64,000 bases of DNA from Kofleriaceae bacterium (GTDB lineage Bacteria > Myxococcota_A > Polyangia > Haliangiales > Haliangiaceae). This document shows, in pieces, positions 31,190 through 40,530 of the stretch. The notes below the pieces were generated by a model that saw only the letters and a program-made list of their open reading frames with translations, had not been told where the DNA came from and ran no database searches. Within the stretch, counting starts at the first letter, position 1, and each line of letters starts with the position of its first letter. Made by a program: the position numbers and the translations under genes. Where the stretch lies: positions 352,211-416,210 of the forward strand of contig JASNYD010000006.1 in NCBI GenBank assembly GCA_048500355.1, given 5' to 3'.

Positions 31190-31921
31190 TCAGGTGGTGG
31201 GGTCGCGGTCGACGTCGGCGCCGCGGCCGCGCTCGAAGATCTCGCCCAGCCGGCGCGCGATCTCGTCGCGGTCGCCCCGGCTCACCCACGGCAGCGACAC
31301 GCTCGCCAGGTCGTCGCCGGCCGGCGTCGTGAAGCGGACGTAGTCGCCGATGACCGAGCAGCCGAAGCGCGAGCGGCAGGTGATGCGGACCTCGCCGCTG
31401 CGGGTCGGGATGACCACCAGCCCGCTCTCGTGGGCGTCGAGCACCCGCACCGCGCGGGGGTGGAACAGCGAGCGGCGGTAGAGCGAGACGTGATCGCCGA
31501 AGTCGAGGAAGAGCACCTTGTCGAGCCCGCGGTCGCCGGCCGGCCCGATCTCGAGCGCCTGGCGCACGCCGCCGCCCAGCGCGGCCAGCGCCGCGGTCAT
31601 GCGGCGGACCAGCCGATCGAGCTGGCGGAGCGCGGTCAGCCCGTCGGCGCTGGTGATGAGATCGCGGGGCTCGGCGCCGAACACGCGCTCGACCTGGTCG
31701 GGCCGCGACTCCAGCCAGATGCCGACGCCCTCGCTGGGCAGGCCGCGGCGCGCCCGCCGCCGCGCCGCCCGCGTGATCGTGAGCACGCCCTCGGCGATCG
31801 CGAGCTGGACGTCGGCCAGCGCGACCGTGACGTGGCGGGGGGCGACCTCGAGCGAGAGCGTCCCGGCGCGGGTCGGCGACGTCATCACCTCGTCGGCGAG
31901 CGCGTCGCGGAAGGGCGCCAT
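31190..31921 (-). CDS. Hypothetical protein
   Basis: The coding frame is clear and it lies upstream in the same direction as the M50 protease. No family was recognised. Confidence 0.45.
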   Translation of the reverse strand: MAPFRDALADEVMTSPTRAGTLSLEVAPRHVTVALADVQLAIAEGVLTITRAARRRARRGLPSEGVGIWLESRPDQVERVFGAEPRDLITSADGLTALRQLDRLVRRMTAALAALGGGVRQALEIGPAGDRGLDKVLFLDFGDHVSLYRRSLFHPRAVRVLDAHESGLVVIPTRSGEVRITCRSRFGCSVIGDYVRFTTPAGDDLASVSLPWVSRGDRDEIARRLGEIFERGRGADVDRDPTT

Positions 31922-32055
31922 GAGATCAGCGTACCCGGTTCCGGTGGCGGTGCCGAGCATGGGTGGTACCAGGACCCGCGCCGGCGACCGCGGTTGCGCC
32001 CGGCCCCCCCCCGGCCGCCGTCCCCGAGCGCGATCGAGCTCCCCGGTCGCGGGCC

Positions 32056-32733
32056 CTACGCCCCCTTGAGGCGGAGGAAGACCGGGAGCACGAAGCCGGC
32101 GAAGGCGACGCAGCCGGCGACGATGAGGACCAGGTCGCGCCCGGTCAGGCGGACGTCGAAGTCGGGCTTGTGGTGGCGGACCACGCTCACCCAGGCCCCG
32201 GCCAGGCCGAGGAAGATCCACAGGACCGAGTGGTAGGCGAACGACAGGGTGTTGATGGCGAAGATCATGCCGGCGAACGACGCCAGGAGCGCCATCGCCC
32301 ACACCTGGGCCGGCCGCGCCCCGGGCACGTGCTCGAGCTCGATCACCCCGCGGACCAGGGTCTTCACCGACAGGTAGAGCAGCGCCACGAACAGGACCAG
32401 GCCGACCAGGCCGAGCTCGGCCAGGGCCAGGACGTACGAGTTGTGGGCGGTCAGGAAGTGGTGCTCGGAGAACTGGCGCTGGCCGACGCCGAAGAGCGGG
32501 CTCTGCTTGAACATCTGCAGCCCGGCCGCCCACGCCTCGTAGCGGAGCTGGGTCGACATGTCGGCGGCCGAGCCGCTGCGGCCGAGCAGCGCCACCATGG
32601 GCACGGCGGCGGCGCCGCCGGCCACCAGCGCGGCCGCGCCGAAGCGGCGGACGCCGTAGACCGCCACCACCAGGACCAGGACCACCAGCGCGCCGCGCGA
32701 GCCCGACAGGAGGACGCAGCAGAATGCGGCGTC
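32056..32733 (-). pseudogene. O-antigen ligase (Wzy_C) C-terminal fragment, truncated remnant
   Basis: It has the SGSRGA motif, AHNSYVLALAELGLVG and about 5 TM helices. There is no N-terminal half. The upstream coordinates are occupied on the opposite strand by a well-formed GT2 gene. Confidence 0.5.
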
Positions 32734-33663
32734 GTGTCCCCGCCGCTGGTCTCCGCCGTCATCCCCACGTTCAACCGCGCCCAGGACGTCCGGATCGCGG
32801 TCGGCACCGCGCTCGCCCAGACCTACCCGTCGGGCAGCCTCGAGATCATCGTGGTCGACGACGGCGGCAGCGACGACACCCGGGCCGTGCTCGACCGCGA
32901 GTTCGGCTCGCGGGTCCGCTACCTGCGCAAGGCCAACGGCGGGGTGTCGGCGGCGCGCAACTTCGGGATGACCGCGGCCCGCGGCGCGTACCTGGCGCTG
33001 CTCGACGACGACGACGAGTGGCTCCCGACCAAGATCGAGCGCCAGGTCGAGCTGCTCGAGGCCCGCCCCGAGATCGGCCTGGTCGTCACCGACGTCGAGC
33101 GCATGGACGAGGGTCGGCGCGGCTTCGAGATCTTCCGCCGCCGCGACGTCATCCCCGAGGACGGCTGGGTGCTGCCGTGGGTGCTGCGCAACCCGTCGCT
33201 GGTCCCGGCCTCGGCGATGTTCCGGCGGGAGGTCTTCGAGGTCACCGGCGGCTTCGACGCCTCGCTGCGCACCGCCGAGGATCTCGACTTCCACCTGCGG
33301 GTGGCGCTGCGCTTCCAGGAGGCGGTGATCGCCGAGCCCCTGACCCGGGCCATGCGCGGCCACCAGGGGCTGTCGGCGCTGGCCCGCACCAACCGCGACT
33401 ACCTCGACGTGCTGGAGGGCTTCCTCGACCAGTACGGCGACGCGGTGGTCCAGGCCGACCGCGACGCCGCCCTGTTCTGGGCCTACACCCGCAACGCCCG
33501 GGGCATCCTGTGGGACGGCGCCTACCGCGACGCCCTCGCCCTGGCCGGCAAGGCCGTGCGCCGGGCCCGCGGCCGGGGCGACGCGGTCGAGCTGGCTCGC
33601 CTCGGCGGCGACGTCGTCCGCAACGGCCTGGTCCGCCTGCGCCGCCGCCTGCGCGGCAGGTGA
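32734..33663 (+). CDS. Family 2 glycosyltransferase
   Basis: It has VSAVIPTFNR, VVDDGGSDDT, LLDDDDEW and the ED catalytic region. The start is a GTG. Confidence 0.8.
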   Translation: MSPPLVSAVIPTFNRAQDVRIAVGTALAQTYPSGSLEIIVVDDGGSDDTRAVLDREFGSRVRYLRKANGGVSAARNFGMTAARGAYLALLDDDDEWLPTKIERQVELLEARPEIGLVVTDVERMDEGRRGFEIFRRRDVIPEDGWVLPWVLRNPSLVPASAMFRREVFEVTGGFDASLRTAEDLDFHLRVALRFQEAVIAEPLTRAMRGHQGLSALARTNRDYLDVLEGFLDQYGDAVVQADRDAALFWAYTRNARGILWDGAYRDALALAGKAVRRARGRGDAVELARLGGDVVRNGLVRLRRRLRGR

Positions 33664-33704
33664 CGGCGCCGGCCGCGGCCTGGTAAGGTGCTCGGACCTG
33701 CGCG

Positions 33705-34748
33705 ATGGGTCGCCGTGAACAGCTCGCCTCGCTCCTCGCCCGCTCCGGCGGCTCCGGCGCCATCCTCGCGGCCCGCGCCCGCCTGCGGGTGCCGGTGCTC
33801 TCGATCCTGACCTACCACCACGTCGCCGAGCCCGGCCCCGACTACCACTTCGACCCCGACGTCGCCGACGTCACGCCCGAGCAGTTCCGTCGCCAGATGG
33901 CCCTGGTGCGGCGCCACTTCAACGTGATCGGCGTCGACGAGCTCCTGGCCGGCCTCGACGGCGCGCGCCTGCCCCCCAACCCGTGCCTGATCACGTTCGA
34001 CGACGGCTACCGCTCGAACCTCGACGTCGCCCTGCCGGTCCTGCGCGAGCTCGGCCTGCGCGCGGTGTTCTTCATCGCCACCCGCTTCGTCGGCGAGCGC
34101 CGCCTCTACTGGTGGGACCGCATCGCCTACGTGGTGGCGACCAGCCATCAGCCCGAGCTGACCCTCACCTACCCGCGGCCGCAGACCGTGTCCCTGGCCG
34201 ACCGGGCGCGGGCCCGCGCCGCCCTGGTCGCGGTGGTCAAGGACGAGCCCGGGCTCGAGCTGGCGCGCTTCCTCGACGAGCTGACCCGGGCCGCCGGGGT
34301 GGCCTGGTCGGCGGACCTCGAGCGCGGCCTCGCCGGCGAGCTGATCATGACCTGGGAGGAGATCCGCCGCCTGCGCGACGCCGGCATGGACGTCGAGTCC
34401 CACGGCCGCGACCACCGCGTGCTGCAGACCCTGGCGCCGGCGGCCCTGCGCGACGACCTGGCCGGGGCCCGCGCCGATCTCCTGCGCGAGCTGGGCCGGC
34501 CGGCCCGCGTCATCGCCTACCCCGTCGGCCGTCCTATCGTCCGGTTTCCGGACGTCAAGGCCGCGCTCGCCGACACCGGCTACCGCTGCGGCCTGACCAA
34601 CGCCACCGGCGTGGTCCGGCTGTGGCGGCGTCACGACCGCTACGACGTCGCCCGCGTCGCGCTCGATCGCGAGATCTCCGACGACATGTTCCTGGGCCAG
34701 CTCGCGGTGCCCGCCCTCGCCTACCCCGCCCGCCACTACGCCTCCTGA
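33705..34748 (+). CDS. Polysaccharide deacetylase (NodB/CE4 family)
   Basis: It has ITFDDGYRS (the TFDDG motif) and the downstream H-containing motifs. Confidence 0.8.
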   Translation: MGRREQLASLLARSGGSGAILAARARLRVPVLSILTYHHVAEPGPDYHFDPDVADVTPEQFRRQMALVRRHFNVIGVDELLAGLDGARLPPNPCLITFDDGYRSNLDVALPVLRELGLRAVFFIATRFVGERRLYWWDRIAYVVATSHQPELTLTYPRPQTVSLADRARARAALVAVVKDEPGLELARFLDELTRAAGVAWSADLERGLAGELIMTWEEIRRLRDAGMDVESHGRDHRVLQTLAPAALRDDLAGARADLLRELGRPARVIAYPVGRPIVRFPDVKAALADTGYRCGLTNATGVVRLWRRHDRYDVARVALDREISDDMFLGQLAVPALAYPARHYAS

Positions 34749-34763
34749 GGGAGCTCCGCCGCC

Positions 34764-35471
34764 ATGCTCGACGACGTCAAGGCCGCGCTCACCCACCTCC
34801 GCCGCGGCGACCTGCGCGCCGCCGCCGCCGAGCTCGAGCTCGGCGCGCGCGCCCAGGCCGTGCGGGCGCGCGCCCGCGAGGCGGTGCGCCGCACCTGGAT
34901 GCGGTACGCGCTGCGCGGCGTGCGCCAGAACGACGCCCACGATCGCCTCGATCTCGCCTACGCCGTCCCCGATCCCTGGCACATGGCCTCGGACCGCGAG
35001 CGGCACCGCTTCGCCGAGACCAACCGCGTGATCACCGAGCGCATCGCGCCGCGGGTCGGCTCGCTGCTCGAGATCGGGTGCGGCGAGGGCCACCAGAGCG
35101 AGGTCCTGGCCCGGCTGTGCGACGACCTGACCGGGCTCGACGTCTCGGCCACCGCCGTCGCGCGCGCCCGCAGGCGCCTGCCCGGCGCCACGTTCGTCGC
35201 CGGCGATCTGTTCGCGCAGCCGTGGGCCCACGACCGCGGGCGCTTCGAGCTGGTGACCGCGTGCGAGGTCATCTACTACATGAGCGACCGCCGCCGCTTC
35301 CTCGACACGATCGACGCCCTGGGCCGCGCCTGCCTGGTCACGTACTTCGCGCCGGCGGCGAAGAAGGTCGAGGCCGAGTGCCTGGCCATGCCCGGCGCCC
35401 AGCGCACCACCTTCCGCCACGACGACACCGAGTGGGTGGCGGTCTGGTGGAAGGGCGCGACCGCGCGCTGA
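34764..35471 (+). CDS. Class I SAM-dependent methyltransferase
   Basis: It has LLEIGCGEG (motif I) and LDVS (motif II). Confidence 0.7.
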   Translation: MLDDVKAALTHLRRGDLRAAAAELELGARAQAVRARAREAVRRTWMRYALRGVRQNDAHDRLDLAYAVPDPWHMASDRERHRFAETNRVITERIAPRVGSLLEIGCGEGHQSEVLARLCDDLTGLDVSATAVARARRRLPGATFVAGDLFAQPWAHDRGRFELVTACEVIYYMSDRRRFLDTIDALGRACLVTYFAPAAKKVEAECLAMPGAQRTTFRHDDTEWVAVWWKGATAR

Positions 35472-35477
35472 GCCCCG

Positions 35478-35530
35478 CGACCGGCGACCGGCGACCGGCG
35501 ACCGGCGGCAGGCGGCGGGCCGGCGGGCCG
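35478..35530. repeat. Degenerate heptamer tandem repeat (GACCGGC)4 followed by GC-rich variants
   Basis: The direct repeats start immediately after the methyltransferase stop. A TGTCGCC-GCTG-GCGACA hairpin follows at about 35548-35565. Confidence 0.6.
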
Positions 35531-35645
35531 GCGCGCCCCGGCCAGCCCCGTGGCCGGTGTCGCCGCTGGCGACAGGCCGGCGCACGCGAGTCCGCGGACT
35601 TGCGCGCGCCCGCGTCCGGCCCGGGCGTTGCTGAGCAGGGACCCA

Positions 35646-36463
35646 TGCGCCGGTCCCGTCACCTGTCGCTCGTCGCCTGGCTCCTGGCCGCCCTCCTGGC
35701 CGGATGCGCCGTGGAGGGTGAGCGCCCCGACCCCGGCGAGGTCGCCGGCGCGGACCCGGCGCTCGACGGCCCCGATGGGCCAGGCGACGGCTCCGACGAC
35801 GGCACCGACGGCGCGAGCGGCGGCAAGGACGACAGCGCCCTCACCCTGCCGCTGCGCTTCCTGCCCGGCGAGCTCGTCGTGCCGAGCGCGGCGATCCAGC
35901 ACGAGGTGCGCAAGGTCTTCCGCAGCGCGGCCGCGCTCGAGGCGGCGCTCGGCATCCCCAACCCCGGCATCGACTTCTCGCGCGAGTGGGCCGTGTTCTA
36001 CACGCCGGGCATGGCGCGCCCCGATCTGCTGCCCGGCTTCTGGGCGCGCATCGACACCGTGCGGGTCTCGTCGACCGGGCTGACGATCATGGTCACGACC
36101 TCGCTCGAGCAGAACGGCGCCTGCGCGGCGCGCCGCTCGCGACCGTTCCTCCTCGTCGCGGTGCCGCGGCCCGAGACCCCGCCGCCCTACACCCGCTTCT
36201 ACCGCGCCGACCGCACGCGCGCGTGCCCGGGCGGCGTCACGTATCACGACGGCGTGCCGTTCACCCCCGCCGAGGAGGCCGCCGCGCTGCGCGCCGCCAA
36301 CCTCGCGACCCCGGGCGAGCTCCACGCCGCCGGCATCACCGGGGCCCAGGCCTCGATCGTCACCGGCGGCCGCACCTGGTCCCGCCTCGCCGCGGTCGCG
36401 GGCACCGCCGGCATCGGGAGCGCGACCATGACCAAGCTGCGCGCCCTGGGCGCGTCGTTCTAG
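35646..36463 (+). CDS. Lipoprotein with C-terminal helix-hairpin-helix (ComEA-like) DNA-binding motif
   Basis: It has a lipobox (LLAGCA). The C-terminus has ATPGELHAAGITGAQASIVTGG...AGIGSATMTKL (HhH pairs). Confidence 0.5.
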
Positions 36464-36629
36464 CGGCTCGACCGGGTCCTCGCGCCGGCGCGGACGTCAG
36501 CGGCCGAGGTGCGCCGGTGCGGGAGGTGGGTGCACGGGCGTCCGCGGCGCCGTGTCCGGCCCGCCGCCGCGGGCGTGTCGCCGCGCCCACGCCCGCACCC
36601 AAGCCCTCGATCCGCGCCGGCTTTCCGGC

Positions 36630-36645
36630 TGGCACCGGCGGTGCA
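36630..36645 (+). promoter_or_regulatory. Candidate sigma-54 promoter (TGGCACC-N4-GTGCA)
   Basis: It is a near-consensus -24/-12 element with correct spacing. It ends 14 bp before the ATG at 36659. Confidence 0.45.
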
Positions 36646-36658
36646 CAGGAACCCCGGC

Positions 36659-37768
36659 ATGAGGAAGCTCCCGTTCGTCCTGTTCGCCGCGCTCCTGGCC
36701 GTGGCCGCGACGCAGGCCGCCGCCACGCCCCCGCCGCCGTCGGGCCGCCTGACGCTGGTGGCCGGCGAGCGCGAGCCTGCCGGCGCTCGCGCCGCGGTGA
36801 CCGCCGACGAGCTCGGGCGACTCGAGCAGGCGGTGACGGCGCAGCCCCGCGATCGCGCCGCCCGCTTCGCGCTGGTGCGCGCGCTCCACCGCGCCGGCAA
36901 GCTCGACGAGGCGGTGGCGGCGGCGCGGGCGTGGCGGGCGGTCGACGCCTACAACCTCGTGGTCGTCCGCATGCTGGGCGACCTCTACAGCGAGCGCGGG
37001 CAGCGCGATCAGGCCCGCCGCGCCTACTCGGCGGTGGTCGAGCTCCTGCCCGGCGACGTCGGCGCCCAGCGCGCGCTGGCGAGCGCCCTCAAGCAGGCCG
37101 GCGATCTCGAGGCCGCCCACCAGCGCCTGAGCGCGGCGGCGGCGGCGGCGCCCGGCGATCGCCGCCTCGCCTTCGAGCTGGCCGACGTCGCCCAGCGCCT
37201 CGGCCGCACCGCCGAGGCGCGCGCCGGGCTCGAGGCCCTCGTCGCCGACACCGCCGTGCCCGAGTCGGTGCGGTACCCGGCCCGCCAGCGCCTGGCGCAG
37301 GTCTACCACGCGATCGCGCGCGACCAGCCGGGCGAGGCCGCCGCCATGCGCCGCGCCATCGCCGGCCTCGGCCTCGCCGGCGGCAGCGAGAACGACATCA
37401 AGATCTTCCTCACCTGGGACACCGATCGCAGCGACGTCGACCTGTGGGTGACCAACCCCAGCGGCGAGCGCGTGAGCTACCAGCGCAAGCAGGGCTCGTT
37501 CGGCGACGCCCTCTACGACGACGTCACCACCGGCTACGGCCCCGAGAGCTACACCGCGCCCCGGGCCCAGCCCGGCGCGTACGTGGTGCAGGTCAACTAC
37601 TACCGCGCCGGCAGCGGCAACCTCTCCGAGGCCCGCGGCGAGGTCGTGGTCGTGCTCGACGAGGGCAAGCCGACCGAGCAGCGTCACGTCCTGCCCTACC
37701 GCCTGTTCGACAAGGGCGACACCGTCACCGTCGCGCGCATCGACGTGCGCGCTGGAGGCTCGCGATGA
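36659..37768 (+). CDS. Secreted TPR-repeat protein with C-terminal DUF2135-like domain
   Basis: It has a signal peptide and Ala-rich TPR-like helices. The C-terminal ~110 aa (IFLTWDTDRSDVDLWVTNPSGE...YVVQVNYY) resemble the domain usually fused C-terminal to VIT+vWA proteins (family assigned from memory). Confidence 0.55.
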   Translation: MRKLPFVLFAALLAVAATQAAATPPPPSGRLTLVAGEREPAGARAAVTADELGRLEQAVTAQPRDRAARFALVRALHRAGKLDEAVAAARAWRAVDAYNLVVVRMLGDLYSERGQRDQARRAYSAVVELLPGDVGAQRALASALKQAGDLEAAHQRLSAAAAAAPGDRRLAFELADVAQRLGRTAEARAGLEALVADTAVPESVRYPARQRLAQVYHAIARDQPGEAAAMRRAIAGLGLAGGSENDIKIFLTWDTDRSDVDLWVTNPSGERVSYQRKQGSFGDALYDDVTTGYGPESYTAPRAQPGAYVVQVNYYRAGSGNLSEARGEVVVVLDEGKPTEQRHVLPYRLFDKGDTVTVARIDVRAGGSR

Positions 37769-40530
37769 TCCCGACGAGGTTGTTCACCCTGGCCGCGCTG
37801 GGCGCGGTCACCACCCTCCTCGCCTGCGGCGCCGAGCCGGGCACGCGACCCGGCGCCGGCGCCCGCGGCGGCGAGCTCGCCGACGCGCCGGTGCGCCTGC
37901 CGCTGGAGCTGGTCCAGGCCCGCGGCGAGGTCGCGGTCCGCACCGCCGGCGATCCGACGTGGCGCCCGCTGGCCGCCGGCGCGCCGCTCACCGGCGTGCG
38001 CGAGCTCAAGGTCTCGCGCCACGGCGCGATCGTCTCGATCGGCCACGGCGACGCCGCCGGCCGGCTGTGGCTGCGCGCCGGCACCCACCTGCGCCTGGCC
38101 CAGGACGACCACGGCGTCCAGCTCGAGCTCGTGGCCGGCAAGAGCCGGGTGCGCCGCTCGGCGGCGGCGATGCCGGTGACGGTGATGACCGCGGGCGGCG
38201 CCCGCGCTGTCGCCGGCGACGTGCTCCTGACCGCGGCCCCGGGCGGCGCCACCGCGATCACCGCCACCGGCGCCCGCCCCGAGCTCGCCGACTGGAGCCT
38301 CGCCCTCGAGCGCGCGCCCGAGGTCGCCGGGCTCGGCCGCCTCGAGGCCGCGACCGACCACGGCGTCGACGAGGAGCTGGCGCTGCGCCGCGTGGACGTC
38401 CGCGTCCGCACCGCCGGCGATCACGCGCTCACCGAGGTCGAGCACGTCTTCTTCAACCCGGCCGCCGAGGCCCGCGAGGGCACCTTCCGCTTCCCGGTCC
38501 CCGACCGCGCCCTGCTCACCGGCCTGGCCATGGAGATCAACGGCGCGCTGATGGAGGGCGAGATCGTCGAGCGCGAGAAGGCGCGCAAGATCTACGAGAA
38601 GATCGTCGACGACATGCAGGACCCGGCGCTGCTCGAGTGGGAGCAGGGCAACTGGTTCAAGCTGCGGGTCTTCCCCATCGAGGCCACCGCCGAGAAGCGG
38701 GTGGTGATCCGCTACGCCCAGCCCCTGGTCGGCGACGCCGCCGGCTGGTCGTACGAGTACAGCCTCGGCCTGCCCGAGGGCGACGCCACGATCGGCGCGC
38801 TCACCGTCACCGTCGACGGCCAGGAGGTGGTGCGCGAGACCGACGTCCGCGCCGGCCTCGATCTCTCGGTGCCGGTGGCCGCGGCGGCGCCGGCGGTCAT
38901 GCGCGAGACCCGCGCCGACGGCACCTACACCGCGGTGCGGGTGACGCCCGACCCGGCGCTGTTCGCCGCGGCCGGCCCCGGCGCCGGCGCCCGGCCCCGC
39001 ACCCGCGACGTGGTGGTGGTGGTCGACACCTCGCGCAGCATGCTCGAGGCCCGCCCGCTGCAGCTCGAGCTGCTGCGCACCACCCTGGCCGAGCTCGGCG
39101 CCGCCGATCGCTTCGTGGTCCTGGCCAGCGACGTCGCGGTCACCGCCCACGCCCCGGCCCCGGTCGCCGTCAACCTGGCCGCGATCACCGACGCCGTGGC
39201 CTTCATCGACGGCATCGAGCCCGACGGCGCCACCGACGTCGCCGCCGCGCTGCGGGCCGCCGCCGCCCGCACCCCCAGCGACGTCATCTACCTCGGCGAC
39301 GGCGTCCCGACCTGGGGCGAGCTCGACCGCGCCGCCCTGGCCGGCCTCGCCGCCGACCTCGGCGCCCCCATCCACGCCGCGATCCTCGGCAAGGGCGCGT
39401 CGAGCGAGCTGTGGCAAGAGCTGGCCGGCGCCAGCGGCGGCCGCGCCATGGTGGTGCGGCGCGCGATCGACGCCGCCCGCTTCGCCCTCGCGGTCGGCCA
39501 CGGCGGCGACGGCGTCCGCATGCGCGGCGCCCGCGTCGTCCTCGCCGGCGGCGCCGCCGGCACGCTCTATCCGCACGCCGCGACCACGGCCTGGGACGGC
39601 GACACCTTGACCGCGATCGTCCACACCCCGGCCGGGGTCGCGCCGCCGCCCGCGCTGCGCCTGGTCGGGACCGTGGCCGGGCGCGCGGTCGAGCAGCCGA
39701 TCGCCCTCGACGGCGCGGTGGCGACCGCCGGCGTCGCCCGGCGCTGGGCGGCGCTCCACCTCGCGGCCCTCGACGCCGCCGGCGCGCCGCGCGAGGAGCT
39801 GGTGGCCGCCAGCCAGGCCCACGGCGTGCTGTCGCGCCACACCTCGCTGCTCGTGCTCGAGAGCGAGGAGGCCTACCGCGAGCACCAGATCGAGCGGCGC
39901 CAGGCCGCGCGACAGGCCGAGGCCGAGCGCCTGGCCCAGGCGGCCGCCGGCCCGCAGGTCACCGGCGGCGACCTCGACACCCTGGGCGCCCGCCAGCCCA
40001 GCCTCAGCCCCGACGAGATCCAGCCCGGCGATCCCGAGATCAAGATCCCGGCACCGCGCGACGCCCGCAGCGTGATCGTGACGTTCCCGTGGGGCGAGAC
40101 CAAGGTCGCCGAGTGGGACGGCGAGGTCGACGCCTGGATGGTGCGCTTCCTCGTCGCCATGGACACCCCCGACGGCGACTACCAGGCCCGCATCACCGTG
40201 ACCCACGCCGACGGCCGGGTCGAGATCCTGCACCTCGGCTACACGATCGACACCACGGCGCCGGCCATGAAGCTGACCGCGACCTGGACCGGCGATGGCT
40301 ATCGCCTCGAGGCCCGCCAGCTCCCGGCCGGCGGCTCGCGCCGCAAGGACGCCGACCGCGTCGAGGTCGTGCTGCCCGACGGCCAGCTCCTCCTGCTCGA
40401 GCAGCAGGCGTGGGGGCGGTTCGCGGGGACGTGGACGACCGCGCGCCTCGACGCCGCGGCCGCGCTGCGGGTGGTGGTCCGCGACCGCGCGCTCAACCAG
40501 GCGGTGCTGACCCTGACGGTGGCGCCGTGA
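37765..40530 (+). CDS. VIT (vault/inter-alpha-trypsin) + von Willebrand factor A domain protein
   Basis: It has a lipobox, a VIT-like N-terminal region (FRFPVPDRALLTGLAMEINGALMEGEIVEREKARKIYE) and a vWA MIDAS motif (VVVVDTSRSM...). It is 921 aa and its ATG overlaps the upstream stop. Confidence 0.75.
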   Translation: MIPTRLFTLAALGAVTTLLACGAEPGTRPGAGARGGELADAPVRLPLELVQARGEVAVRTAGDPTWRPLAAGAPLTGVRELKVSRHGAIVSIGHGDAAGRLWLRAGTHLRLAQDDHGVQLELVAGKSRVRRSAAAMPVTVMTAGGARAVAGDVLLTAAPGGATAITATGARPELADWSLALERAPEVAGLGRLEAATDHGVDEELALRRVDVRVRTAGDHALTEVEHVFFNPAAEAREGTFRFPVPDRALLTGLAMEINGALMEGEIVEREKARKIYEKIVDDMQDPALLEWEQGNWFKLRVFPIEATAEKRVVIRYAQPLVGDAAGWSYEYSLGLPEGDATIGALTVTVDGQEVVRETDVRAGLDLSVPVAAAAPAVMRETRADGTYTAVRVTPDPALFAAAGPGAGARPRTRDVVVVVDTSRSMLEARPLQLELLRTTLAELGAADRFVVLASDVAVTAHAPAPVAVNLAAITDAVAFIDGIEPDGATDVAAALRAAAARTPSDVIYLGDGVPTWGELDRAALAGLAADLGAPIHAAILGKGASSELWQELAGASGGRAMVVRRAIDAARFALAVGHGGDGVRMRGARVVLAGGAAGTLYPHAATTAWDGDTLTAIVHTPAGVAPPPALRLVGTVAGRAVEQPIALDGAVATAGVARRWAALHLAALDAAGAPREELVAASQAHGVLSRHTSLLVLESEEAYREHQIERRQAARQAEAERLAQAAAGPQVTGGDLDTLGARQPSLSPDEIQPGDPEIKIPAPRDARSVIVTFPWGETKVAEWDGEVDAWMVRFLVAMDTPDGDYQARITVTHADGRVEILHLGYTIDTTAPAMKLTATWTGDGYRLEARQLPAGGSRRKDADRVEVVLPDGQLLLLEQQAWGRFAGTWTTARLDAAAALRVVVRDRALNQAVLTLTVAP

